DNA of 64,000 nt from Nitrospirota bacterium. GTDB taxonomy: Bacteria; Nitrospirota; Thermodesulfovibrionia; Thermodesulfovibrionales; Dissulfurispiraceae. The stretch is from NCBI GenBank assembly GCA_963710375.1, contig CAVPZX010000009.1:1-64000 (forward strand), in the 5' to 3' direction. The position numbers and the translations under genes were made by a program. The notes below the pieces were generated by a model, which saw nothing but the letters and a program-made list of their open reading frames with translations, was not told the DNA's origin and made no database searches. Position 1 is the first letter of the stretch. Every line of letters starts with the position of its first letter. Below are positions 31,069 through 41,155 of this stretch, one piece after another.

Positions 31069-32271
31069 GTGGAGAAGGTTTTCTTAAAACGGACCAGCAG
31101 AGTGCTGGCCGGGCATCTCTGGATTTTTTCAAATGAGCTGGCATCGAGTCCACGCATGCATGCGCCGGGGAGCATCGTAGAAGTCTACGACAGTAAAGAA
31201 GCATTTATGGGAATGGGATATATTAATCCTAACTCCCTGATCGCGGTGAGATTGCTTACTAGGCAAAGGGAGGACATCAATGCCGATTTTTTCAGACAAA
31301 GGATTGCAGACGCCCTGAGCTACAGGAAGCGTTTTTTGGCTGAAGGCGTTTCCGGCAGACTTGTTTATAGTGAGGGCGACTTTCTGCCCGGCCTGATAGT
31401 TGACAGATACATCGCCACCCCGGAAAGTCTCCGACTTTCTAGGGGCCCCGGTGCCGGTTGCATCGTTGTGCAGCTTTTGACTGCCGGCATGGAACGTCAG
31501 AGGGACCTTCTGCTGGGTTTGCTCGATGAAATGCTGTCACCGGAAATGATTGTACTGAAGAATGACAATCAAAACAGGACTCTGGAGGGGCTCGCCCTCG
31601 AAAAGACCATGGTGAGGGGCGCTGCCGGCGCTGCTGTATCGATTACAGAGGGGGATATCCATAGTGAAGTGGATCCGATGTCAGGGCAAAAGACAGGCTT
31701 CTTTCTTGACCAAAGGGAGAACAGGATTGCCTTCAGCCGGCTTGTCAGCGGCGGCAAGGGGTTGGATCTCTTCTGTTACTCCGGGGCCTGGGGTTTACAC
31801 CTTGCAAAAAAAGGAGCGCACGTTACGTTTGTGGACAGCTCTGAAGCGGCAATAAAGCAGTCAAAGAATAATGCCGAACTGAATGCGCTTGCCGGAAAAT
31901 GCTCATTTATAAAGGCGGATGTATTTAATTTTCTGAAGAGAGAGGTTGATTCCGGCAATATGTATGATTTTATTGTTCTCGATCCCCCTGCTTTTGTCAA
32001 AAGCAAGGCAAAATTGAAAGAAGGACTGCGGGGCTACCGGGAAATAAATGCCATGGCCATGAGCATCATCAGTCAGAAAGGTCTCCTCGCCACGTCATCA
32101 TGCTCACACCACGTAGATAAAACGGCCTTCCTCGATATGCTTCAACACGCTGCAAGGGATGCCGGCAAGAATGTCAGGGTTCTCGAAATGCGTTCTCAGG
32201 GGCGGGACCATCCGGTCTTGCTGTCAATGCCCGAGACGGAATATCTAAAGTGCGCTTTTCTCGTTATATAA
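31069..32271 (+). CDS. rlmI: Class I SAM-dependent rRNA methyltransferase, RlmI-like
   Basis: GHLWIFSNE, EGDFLPGLIVDRY, GQKTGFFLDQRENR, LDPPAF, ETEYLK. Confidence 0.85.
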   Translation: MEKVFLKRTSRVLAGHLWIFSNELASSPRMHAPGSIVEVYDSKEAFMGMGYINPNSLIAVRLLTRQREDINADFFRQRIADALSYRKRFLAEGVSGRLVYSEGDFLPGLIVDRYIATPESLRLSRGPGAGCIVVQLLTAGMERQRDLLLGLLDEMLSPEMIVLKNDNQNRTLEGLALEKTMVRGAAGAAVSITEGDIHSEVDPMSGQKTGFFLDQRENRIAFSRLVSGGKGLDLFCYSGAWGLHLAKKGAHVTFVDSSEAAIKQSKNNAELNALAGKCSFIKADVFNFLKREVDSGNMYDFIVLDPPAFVKSKAKLKEGLRGYREINAMAMSIISQKGLLATSSCSHHVDKTAFLDMLQHAARDAGKNVRVLEMRSQGRDHPVLLSMPETEYLKCAFLVI

Positions 32272-32322
32272 TCCGCCACTGCATCTTCAAGAAACCTCAG
32301 CGAGGCATGGTGTGAGGAGTAT

Positions 32323-35300
32323 ATGGGAGAACCGGTTTTAATAAAAGATACAGATTTGAAGTTCCCCCACTTCACGGTCCTTAAGGCGTCGGCCGGTTCA
32401 GGGAAAACTCATGCCCTCACAGAAAGGTTTGTCCAGTTTCTTCTTTCCGGTAAAGTCCCAAGGAACAGTCTGAGGAACATGCTTGCCATAACCTTTTCGA
32501 ACAATGCCGCAAAAGAAATGAAGGAAAGAACACTCTCGCGCCTGAAGGAGGTTTACTTCGGGGACGAGGCAAAGATACGGGAACTCTCGAACATAACCTC
32601 TCTTGATATTGAAAACATGAGAGAGAAGGCCGGCCTCTTGATCGGAGAGATACTCGACAGTTACTCGGATTTCCAGGTGAAGACGATCGACAGTTTCATG
32701 ACAACCGTTTTTAAGGCCTCTGCTATCGACTTTGGGTATAACCCGGACTTCGATATCTTAATGACCAACGATTTGCTGATGAGTTACTCCTTCAATCTAT
32801 TTATGCGAAATGTCAAACACGGTACCGCCGAGGCAGCCTGTATCGAAGCGATCGTGGACCAGTTGCTGGAGCAGAAGAAGGTTACTGATGCCTACTTGTG
32901 GGATCCGTCAACAACACTTCTTGACGAGATAAAGAAGATATACCGGAAGCTTTCATCGAGAGGGAAATTGGCTGAAATCGAGGATTACAGTAAAGACCTT
33001 AACGAATCAAAAGACAAAATAAGTGCGCTTATTGACGACATTGAAAAAGAGATCGAAGCCGCCGGACTGAAGAGACACGGCAATTCATCTTACAAGACTA
33101 TCTTGCCCATAATAAGGGAAAAAAGATTCCCTGATCTTATCGGGAAGGGCTTTGCCAACCCTCCAGTGATCAAGCCGAAAAAAAGTGCAGGCGATGAACA
33201 GACTGCATATAGCAGGATATTAAGTTTGTGGTCTGATGTAGCGGAATGGACCTGTCACTACACTGTCTATTTCGTTCGCACCCGATGTATGCCATACGTG
33301 AAGGCATTTCAGGCCTTCAGCGAGACTGTGAATATGGTCAAGAGGCAGCAGGGCAAGGTCTTCATCGAAGATATCAACATGCAGCTCGCCGAATACCTCA
33401 GCAGTTCCATAGTCCCTGACGTCTATTTCCGACTTGGCGAGACCATCTTCCATTTCCTCATCGATGAGTTTCAGGACACCTCGCCCATACAGTGGCAAAA
33501 TCTCATGCCACTCATCGAGAACTCGCTTTCCCAGGGAGGAAGCCTGTTTGCAGTCGGTGACACAAAACAGGCTATTTACGGCTTCCGTAATGCAGACTAT
33601 ACAATCATGAAAGGGCTCGAAAAAACGAATCCATTTCCTTCAGCAGAGCATGCAGTCAGGGAGCTTGACACTAACTACAGGAGCAGAAAGAGGATACTTG
33701 AGTTCAACGAGAGAGTTTTCAAAGAGAAACTTGCGGGGATCGATGAATACAGGGAGGCCGGTAATAGAAGCGGCCTTACCGAATACATACAAAAGCCAAA
33801 AGAAGATAAAGACGTCGATGGATACGTAGAGGTCTCTCTTCTTGAAAGGAACGACGAAGAACCTGCCGAGCGTGAAAAGATCCAGGACCTCATAGAAGAG
33901 TTGCACATACGCGGGTACCGGTACGGTGATATGGCCGTGCTTACACAGACTAACGAAGTTGCAGTCAGCGCCACAACATGGCTGAACGAAAGGGAAATAC
34001 CATTTATCTCTTACAGCAGCCTCGATGTGAGGAGGCGGAAGATAACCGGAGAGATTATAGCACTTATGAACTTCCTTGATTCGCCTACAGACGACCTTTC
34101 ATTCGGCGCCTTCATCCTGGGAGATGTTTTCACAAATACGATTGCGGAAGATGATTCCGGCTGCGGTATCGATAAGCTAAGGGCGTTCTGTTTCATGCAT
34201 AGAAAGAACCCTCCCCTGTACAAGGCATTTCAGGAAAAGTTCAGTGGCCTTTGGGAACAGTACTTCGAAAGTCTTTTCAAGGCAGCGGGGTTCCTGCCCT
34301 TGTACGACCTGGTCACAGAGGTTTTTGCGGTGTTCAGTGTTTTTGAGAACATGCCTGAAGAGGAGGCTGCACTCATCAAGATACTTGAAGTGGTCAAAAA
34401 CTTCGAAGGAGGAGGATTCAACAGCCTCAAGGATTTTCTCCAGGCCGTATCAGATGATGACAACAGCGAGGCTGAATGGGACATGGCCGTCCCCAAGACC
34501 ATTGACGCTGTGCAGGTGATGACCATACACAAGGCTAAAGGGCTGGGGTTTCCGGTCGTACTTGTCCTCCTCTATGAAGTAAGAAACAGGGGCTTTGAAT
34601 ACATCGTCGAGGAAAAGGGTGAGACTGTCTGCCTCCTCAAGATCAACAGGACCACAGCTGCCTGTGACGAGACCCTCCAGCGTCTCTATGATAAAGAGAG
34701 GATGAGTGAGATGGTGAACAGGCTTAACAGCCTCTATGTGGGGTTCACCCGTCCCGAGAGAGAACTTTACGTGATCGGGGTAGAAAGCAATGACAAGGGT
34801 TACCCGTTTGTCCTGCTCCCGGCCGATGAATTCCCCCCTTCAGCCAAACCTGAATACGTTCCGGGCATCCGACTATCAGCACCAGGGACTCCAGCTCCTT
34901 GCCGGCTGCTTCACCGTAGCGGTCAGCTGAAATTCCAGGCCGGTCCCGAGACGTTCCTGACCATAGATGAAAGAAGGAGGGGCGAGTTTATCCACAGAGT
35001 ATTGTTCTTCGTCAACTACTTGAAGGATGGGTTTGAAACTGAACTGCAAGAGATCATAAGTCGTGTCAGGGATGAGACCGGATCGGATTATTCCGACATA
35101 GAAATCAAAGCTCTCGTTCTTGCGATAGTAACCAACAAGGAGATAGAAAGGTATTTTACCAAGGCGCCAGGGCGGCTGATCAGGAAAGAGCAGGAGTATT
35201 CTGACAGTTTTGGCAGGCTTTTCAGGATGGACAGGGTGGTAATAGACAGTGACAGCGTCACTGTGATCGATTATAAAACAGGAAAGGACAAGGAAGCGCT

Positions 35301-35421
35301 GGACCAATACAGGGCTCAATTGAAGAACTACATGAGCATACTCCGTGATGTCTATACCGGAAAACCCGTCAAGGGTGTTATTGCTTTCGTTGACCTGGCC
35401 GAAATGGAGAGGATTGGATGA
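32323..35421 (+). CDS. addA: UvrD-family helicase-nuclease, AddA-like
   Basis: KASAGSGKT, IDEFQDTS, VGDTKQAIYGFR, MTIHKAKGL, C-terminal RMD...IDYKTG. Confidence 0.82.
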   Translation: MGEPVLIKDTDLKFPHFTVLKASAGSGKTHALTERFVQFLLSGKVPRNSLRNMLAITFSNNAAKEMKERTLSRLKEVYFGDEAKIRELSNITSLDIENMREKAGLLIGEILDSYSDFQVKTIDSFMTTVFKASAIDFGYNPDFDILMTNDLLMSYSFNLFMRNVKHGTAEAACIEAIVDQLLEQKKVTDAYLWDPSTTLLDEIKKIYRKLSSRGKLAEIEDYSKDLNESKDKISALIDDIEKEIEAAGLKRHGNSSYKTILPIIREKRFPDLIGKGFANPPVIKPKKSAGDEQTAYSRILSLWSDVAEWTCHYTVYFVRTRCMPYVKAFQAFSETVNMVKRQQGKVFIEDINMQLAEYLSSSIVPDVYFRLGETIFHFLIDEFQDTSPIQWQNLMPLIENSLSQGGSLFAVGDTKQAIYGFRNADYTIMKGLEKTNPFPSAEHAVRELDTNYRSRKRILEFNERVFKEKLAGIDEYREAGNRSGLTEYIQKPKEDKDVDGYVEVSLLERNDEEPAEREKIQDLIEELHIRGYRYGDMAVLTQTNEVAVSATTWLNEREIPFISYSSLDVRRRKITGEIIALMNFLDSPTDDLSFGAFILGDVFTNTIAEDDSGCGIDKLRAFCFMHRKNPPLYKAFQEKFSGLWEQYFESLFKAAGFLPLYDLVTEVFAVFSVFENMPEEEAALIKILEVVKNFEGGGFNSLKDFLQAVSDDDNSEAEWDMAVPKTIDAVQVMTIHKAKGLGFPVVLVLLYEVRNRGFEYIVEEKGETVCLLKINRTTAACDETLQRLYDKERMSEMVNRLNSLYVGFTRPERELYVIGVESNDKGYPFVLLPADEFPPSAKPEYVPGIRLSAPGTPAPCRLLHRSGQLKFQAGPETFLTIDERRRGEFIHRVLFFVNYLKDGFETELQEIISRVRDETGSDYSDIEIKALVLAIVTNKEIERYFTKAPGRLIRKEQEYSDSFGRLFRMDRVVIDSDSVTVIDYKTGKDKEALDQYRAQLKNYMSILRDVYTGKPVKGVIAFVDLAEMERIG

Positions 35422-38249
35422 ACACGCTTATCATTCCATCCGACAAGAGCTTGATAGAAGAAGTCCTGTCTCATTTGGCAGGGAATGAAAGGGATTACTC
35501 TTCATCCATGGTGGTCTTCCCCGGCAAAAGGCCGTCTCACTTTCTGAGAAAGGCGCTGGCAGCAAAGGTCGGGGCAAGCTTCATCCCGCCTATGGTTTTT
35601 TCGATGGATGAGTTCATCGATTCGCTATTCGATGAGTCAAGTCCAGCAAAGAAGATTGAGACCATAGATGCTGTCGCCCTGCTCTACAATATCCACAGGA
35701 AGGCCCCGACGCCGCTTGGCGGAAAAGGGTTCATGACTCCTGACAGTTTTTTCCCCCTCGGGCTAAAAATATATCGTGACATCGAGGAGTTGACCATTGA
35801 AGGCATCAATCCCCAGATGGTAAAGGGAATCGAATTCTTCATTGCGGAAGGCATGCCTGAGCAGACGATAGAAAGATTACAGTCCCTGTCTTATTTCTAT
35901 GACCAGTTCTATAGAGAAATCAGTGCATTGGGCTTTACGACCAGGGCAAGGAGATATCAGACTGCTGCTGAGAAGATAGACAAAGCCGGACTCAGCAAAT
36001 TGCAGAGTATAATCTTCGCCGGCTTCTTTGCTCTCACCAAGGCAGAAAAAACCCTGTTTCAAAAGCTGCTAAATTACGACAATACAGTATTTGCCTTCCA
36101 GCATGGGAACGGACTCAATGAGAAACTTAAGGAGCTTGGCATCACCTGCGACATGAAGGAAAGTATAGACACAGCCCCGGAGGTGCACTTCTACAGCAGT
36201 CCCGATGCTCACGGCGAGGTCCTGGCGCTGGGGAAAATACTTGAGACGAACCTCGCAGCAGGTAATGATCTTGACGAGAACACAGTGATTGTTCTGCCTT
36301 CGTCAGAGACCCTTTTCCCTCTCTTGCGTCAAGGGCTATCGTCTATCCCCGAGGATGACTATAATGTATCATTAGGGTATCCGTTACATCGCACCCCGGT
36401 CTTCGGTTTTCTCAATAACCTGATGGAACTGGTCAATTCAATGGACGGGGACAGGATCTATATCCCCGACTACCTGAAATTCGTTCTTCATCCTTACACG
36501 AAGAACATTTATTACAGGGGAAAGTCCGAGACGACACGCGTGATGTTCCATACAATTGAGGAAGATCTACTCGAGCACAAGGCCCTGACCTTCACCACTA
36601 TCGAAGAGATCGAGAGCAGCGAAACCCTTTTTATGGACATCCTGAGAAAGCTGCCAAAAGACGAAACGGGGATCAGGGAAGAACACCTCAAGGCACACCT
36701 GAAGGCCATTCACAAAAATACAATAGAAAGATTCATTTCCTTCAAAAACATCAGTGACTTTGCCGGTAAGTGCATCGACATACTCCTTTTTATCTTCAAT
36801 AACAGCACTGCAAGGCTTCACCCACTCTTTTATCCATTTTCAGAGTCCTTCATAACATCTCTTGACGTCCTTCTGCGCTCTATGATGAAGGAAGTCGCCT
36901 TCTCGGAAAGGTCCAGCTATTTCATATTCTTCAAAAAATATATAATGACCGGCCATACCCCTTTTTCAGGCACGCCTGTCAAGGGGCTGCAGGTCCTGGG
37001 GTCACTTGAGACAAGGAGCCTGAAGTTCGATACGGTCTTCGTCCTGGACGCTAATGAGGACATCCTGCCGGATACGAGAAAAGAAGAGACTCTCCTTCCC
37101 TTCAAGGCCCGGGAGATATTGGGGCTTCCTACTTATATGGATAGGGACAAGCTCGCCGCATATTATTTCGACACACTCCTTAAAGGGGCAAAGAAGGCAC
37201 ATCTTTTCTTCATTGAAAACGACAAAACAGAACGGTCGAGGTTTGTTGAGAAGCTTCTATGGGACAGGCAGAAAAGGGACAATACAACCGACGTCAGGTC
37301 CTACGTCAGACCTGTCCAGTATCAGGTGAAACTAATAAACAGCGCTCCCGGCCCGATTGGAAAAACTGATGAGATCGTGGCCTTCCTTAAAGACTTTAAG
37401 TACAATGCAACCGCGCTGAACAGCTATCTCAAGTGCCAGCTTCAGTTCTACTATAGCTTTGTCCTCGGACTTAGCAGGAAAGAGGAGATGACAGGGGACA
37501 TCGAGCGTGACGACCTGGGAAATTTCGTCCACGCTGTCTTGATGCGCTATTTTTCCAACAAGAAAGGCAGGTCTTTAAAGGAAACAGACATAGTCTTCAG
37601 ACAAATGGACGCTATTGTGGAAGAACTCTTTGAGGAAAAATATGGTAAAGACCCATCTGGAGCTCTCTATTTTCTAAAGAGGCAGGTAAAGAGACACTTG
37701 GCTGATGTTCTTAAATATTACTATCTTCCTCTTGTGAAGGAAAGAACAGTGACTATTTTGGAAAGCGAGGAGCTGATACGGGTAAAGGCAGACTCCTTTA
37801 ATTTGAGCGGAAGGCTTGATAGCGTTGAACAGAGAGATGATAAGACGGTCATTGTTGATTACAAGACAGGCTCAAGCCCGAATTATCTGAAGATAGACCT
37901 CGAAAAGCTTGACACTGCCAGGAGAGAGACTTGGGACCAGGCCATAGGAAGCCTTCAGCTTCCATTCTACCTCCTGCTTTATACTGAAAAGAAAAGCAGG
38001 CCGATAGACGATCTGGAAGCTATTTTCTTGCTTTTAGGCCGCTCAAAAATAAGCGGAGATGTTGAACTTCCACTCTTCGGCGGTTCATCTCCGGCAGAAA
38101 TGTTCGAACTTATGAAAATAGTGATCTTCAAACTGCTTAGAGAAATAATAGACCCTCTGGTCCCATTCATCCAACCTAATGACAAGAAGAAGGTTTGCCC
38201 ATCATGTGATTTCCAGTACATCTGCGGCACCCAGTGGGTTGTGAGATAA
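35418..38249 (+). CDS. addB: AddB-like PD-(D/E)XK nuclease with Fe-S staple
   Basis: YLKCQLQF...GRLD...VDYKTG...CPSCDFQYIC; overlaps the addA stop. Confidence 0.8.
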   Translation: MNTLIIPSDKSLIEEVLSHLAGNERDYSSSMVVFPGKRPSHFLRKALAAKVGASFIPPMVFSMDEFIDSLFDESSPAKKIETIDAVALLYNIHRKAPTPLGGKGFMTPDSFFPLGLKIYRDIEELTIEGINPQMVKGIEFFIAEGMPEQTIERLQSLSYFYDQFYREISALGFTTRARRYQTAAEKIDKAGLSKLQSIIFAGFFALTKAEKTLFQKLLNYDNTVFAFQHGNGLNEKLKELGITCDMKESIDTAPEVHFYSSPDAHGEVLALGKILETNLAAGNDLDENTVIVLPSSETLFPLLRQGLSSIPEDDYNVSLGYPLHRTPVFGFLNNLMELVNSMDGDRIYIPDYLKFVLHPYTKNIYYRGKSETTRVMFHTIEEDLLEHKALTFTTIEEIESSETLFMDILRKLPKDETGIREEHLKAHLKAIHKNTIERFISFKNISDFAGKCIDILLFIFNNSTARLHPLFYPFSESFITSLDVLLRSMMKEVAFSERSSYFIFFKKYIMTGHTPFSGTPVKGLQVLGSLETRSLKFDTVFVLDANEDILPDTRKEETLLPFKAREILGLPTYMDRDKLAAYYFDTLLKGAKKAHLFFIENDKTERSRFVEKLLWDRQKRDNTTDVRSYVRPVQYQVKLINSAPGPIGKTDEIVAFLKDFKYNATALNSYLKCQLQFYYSFVLGLSRKEEMTGDIERDDLGNFVHAVLMRYFSNKKGRSLKETDIVFRQMDAIVEELFEEKYGKDPSGALYFLKRQVKRHLADVLKYYYLPLVKERTVTILESEELIRVKADSFNLSGRLDSVEQRDDKTVIVDYKTGSSPNYLKIDLEKLDTARRETWDQAIGSLQLPFYLLLYTEKKSRPIDDLEAIFLLLGRSKISGDVELPLFGGSSPAEMFELMKIVIFKLLREIIDPLVPFIQPNDKKKVCPSCDFQYICGTQWVVR

Positions 38250-38487
38250 AATGCGTTGTCAGTTAGCTGTTGTTAGACTCAGTCGCTTGTGAAGATTTGT
38301 AGCTAAAGTTGATTGTCTCACCTCCTCACAGAACACCTCGTTAGTTGCAATTTTTTTCTAACTGATCATTCCGTCCCGAATTGTGCGTAGTCTAACCATG
38401 TCCAGAGAGTGCTATCGTCTTTCCGATATGAAAGAACCCAGGTTTTCCTCTATGCGCAATACTGGTAGTACTTTTCACAGAGGACAG

Positions 38488-38516
38488 TTGACAATATGTA
38501 CCAATTAAGGTACATT
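38488..38516 (+). promoter_or_regulatory. Toxin-antitoxin promoter with palindromic operator
   Basis: TTGACA-17-TACATT; ATGTACC-N6-GGTACAT at 38496-38515. Confidence 0.7.
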
Positions 38517-38521
38517 ACTAT

Positions 38522-38872
38522 ATGGAGCATAGAGAACCTGTTCTGCGAGTAATTTTCTATCGAAGTGAAAGCGGCTCCGAACCTGTGAGGGAATGGCTCA
38601 AAGAGTTGAGGAGAGAAGATCGAAAAGCCGTCGGCGAGGATATCAAGACGGCTAAGTTTGGCTGGCCACTCGGCATGCCCCTTATCAGGAAAATTGAGAA
38701 GGACCTTTGGGAAGTTAGATCAAATATCACCGACGGCATTGCCAGAACGTTCTTCACGGTAGAGGAAAATACCATGGTGCTTCTGCATGGGTTTGTTAAG
38801 AAATCACAGGAAACTCCGCAAAGTGAACTGCGGACAGCCAGGCGGCGATTGAGGAATATCCTCGGAGGTTAA
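38522..38872 (+). CDS. RelE/ParE-family (Gp49-like) toxin
   Basis: FYRSESGSEPVREWL...GWPLGMPL...LWEVRS...LLHGFVKKSQETP. Confidence 0.88.
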   Translation: MEHREPVLRVIFYRSESGSEPVREWLKELRREDRKAVGEDIKTAKFGWPLGMPLIRKIEKDLWEVRSNITDGIARTFFTVEENTMVLLHGFVKKSQETPQSELRTARRRLRNILGG

Positions 38873-38873
38873 C

Positions 38874-39155
38874 TTGAAAAACAAACATTGCGGCAGTGAT
38901 TTTGACGATTTTCTTAGAGAGCAGGATATACTCTCTGGGGCGGAGGCCGTTGCGGCAAAGCGTGTGCTCTCTTTCCAGATCGAAAAAGAGATGAGAAAAA
39001 AGGGATTGACCAAGGTTGAGATGGCGACTCGTATGCGGACGAGTAGGTCGGCTGTAGACCGGCTGCTGGATCCTGCGAATGTTTCGGTCACATTAAATAC
39101 TCTGGAGAAGGCCGCACTTGTGCTCGGCAAGAGGTTGAGCATCAGGCTCGGGTAA
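38874..39155 (+). CDS. XRE-family HTH antitoxin
   Basis: HCGSDFDDFL...TKVEMATRMRTSRSAVDRLLDP...TLEKAA. Confidence 0.88.
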   Translation: MKNKHCGSDFDDFLREQDILSGAEAVAAKRVLSFQIEKEMRKKGLTKVEMATRMRTSRSAVDRLLDPANVSVTLNTLEKAALVLGKRLSIRLG

Positions 39156-39527
39156 AGTGCTGTCCAGGCACCGTTGAAACCTACGCTTCTTGCGGAATGC
39201 GTCCTACGTTGTACGACATGTACTCCTCGAACTGGCGCCATCCAGTAGACGTTGGGTTTCTCACAGTATTCCCCACCGGACGGCGGTCGGCTGAGACTGA
39301 ATGTTTCCTGCGGGAAAATAACGCGCACAAGTCTGTTCTCAGTCAAACCTGTTTTTGTGACAGGTAATCTCGGTACGACCTTCTCCTAGTAACTTCTCGT
39401 TTAAAGATGCAGTAATAGCAAGAATAAGAAGAACCCCTGCTCCAAATGTGCCGATCTGCCACCAAAATTATAGGCTGAAACAATCTTGGTTTAAGCCACT
39501 CACTGCCATATTGTGCATTATGTCTAA

Positions 39528-40776
39528 TTACTCGTATATCTTCTCTCCTTCTGCGTCCGCATTTAGAGCATCTTCTTCAACATTACGGATGTCTTCTTTT
39601 GAAAGGACATTGAGGTATTCTTTATACCATTCGTTTTGTATGATGCTCTGCATGATTTCGTTGCTACCCACCCATATCATGGACAACCTGATATCTCGGA
39701 CAATGCGTTCGAGAGGGTAAACATTGGTGTAGCCAATACCACCCATTGTCTGCATACATTTGTTTGCTATATCCCATGCGGCTTCAGTGACGAACTTCTT
39801 GGATTCGGATACCAGGCGTCTTACTCTGTTCGGATGGGCTTTCCCAGAATCAACAGCTAGGCAAGTTGAGTATACCATTGACCGTGCGGTATCCAGTAGC
39901 ATAACGCAATCTGCTATTTTGAACCCCACTGCCTGGAAACTCTGGATTGGGACTCCGAATGCCTTTCGTTTGGAAGTATACATGGTCGCAATTTCTATTG
40001 CGGGTCTTACGGAACCTAGAGTCATGGCCGCTGTCCCAAGTCGTTCAGGAATCATCATCCTGACAAAGACATCAAAACCACCATTTATGCCATTCAACGC
40101 ATAGCGTTCCGGCACTCGAACATCTTTTAAAACGAGTCTACCAGCCCCACCGCCCCGTACCCCCATGAGACCATATATATATTTCGACTCGACGCCTTTG
40201 GTCCTAGGAACAATGAAGGCTGTCATGCGCTTGTGAGGAGGGGCATCAGGGTTAGTTACTGCATAGACAAGAAACCAATCTGCGCCTTCTGCGCCTACTA
40301 TAAAACGTTTCTGTCCATTTATGATCCAGTCATCACCATCTTTTTTTGCATAGGTCGTTGCGCCGAAAAAATCAGATCCGCCTCTTGGTTCAGTCAATCC
40401 TTCTGCTGCAAAAGTTTCCCCCTTTAGTAAGGGTATTACAACTGCCTGCTTCAGCTCTTTATTGCCGAACAGGGAGATTGCATCGCAAACTATATCAGCA
40501 CCCACACCCCATAGGCAGGCCAAAGAATAGCTTGCTACACCTACCTCCTCGGCAACTATTGCATCCTCCACCCAACCAAGGCCTCTTCCTCCTAATTCTT
40601 TAGGAATCCTTATGCCCAGCAAATTTCTTTTTCCTGCCTCTTGCAGATATTCTCGAGGAAACTGGACCTTCTCGGCATCCATGTCTAGTATGAGTCTGTT
40701 TAGGCACCCATTTTGTGAAGGCTCTTGCTTCATTTCGTAAATTTTTCTGTTCATCCGTCATGATGTAGTCGAACAC
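39528..40776 (-). CDS. Acyl-CoA dehydrogenase, frameshift near 40695 close to the N-terminus
   Basis: GLTEPRGGSD, INGQKRFI, GGIGYT; true N-terminus MFDYIMTDEQKNLRNEARAF lies in another frame after AGGAGG. Confidence 0.88.
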
Positions 40777-41155
40777 TGTTCCTCCTACATAAAGAATTGT
40801 TGTTAAATTATTTATTTATGTTATAAATTTGTCAAGCTCTCTGATCAATACGAATTGACTCACAAAAAATGTTACCGAAGGGAGGAGCGTGAAACAAGTA
40901 GGCATAAATAACTATTCCACCAACCACGGCTTCTAGTAACAGGCTCAGCAAAAACTGACTCGACGGTAGCGCGGCAGGAAAGAAAAATATCGACAGCAAA
41001 TACGGAACCGTCGAAGGGTCAGACCGGGGTCTAGACTTGATTATTGATTTTCGTTAGGAAGCAAAAAGGTATTTTGAGGGTTTCAAACGGAAACCAACGA
41101 CGTCGCTGACATGTCTCATGTGCCACTCTCAGGTCAAGTGAGAACCCTTCACGAT

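Noticed and set aside
38255..38400. GTTAGACT...AGTCTAAC inverted 8-mers resembling integron core sites upstream of the TA pair
   Set aside because: Only 8-bp matches, with no extended attC stem or integrase.
38804..39346. 180-aa minus-strand ORF over the antitoxin
   Set aside because: Mostly antisense to the TA pair; the unique part has no recognisable motif.
40800..41150. Intergenic stretch with GGGTCAGACC/GGGTCTAGAC motifs, a possible mobile-element or ncRNA remnant
   Set aside because: No clear inverted termini, ORF or fold that I can support by eye.
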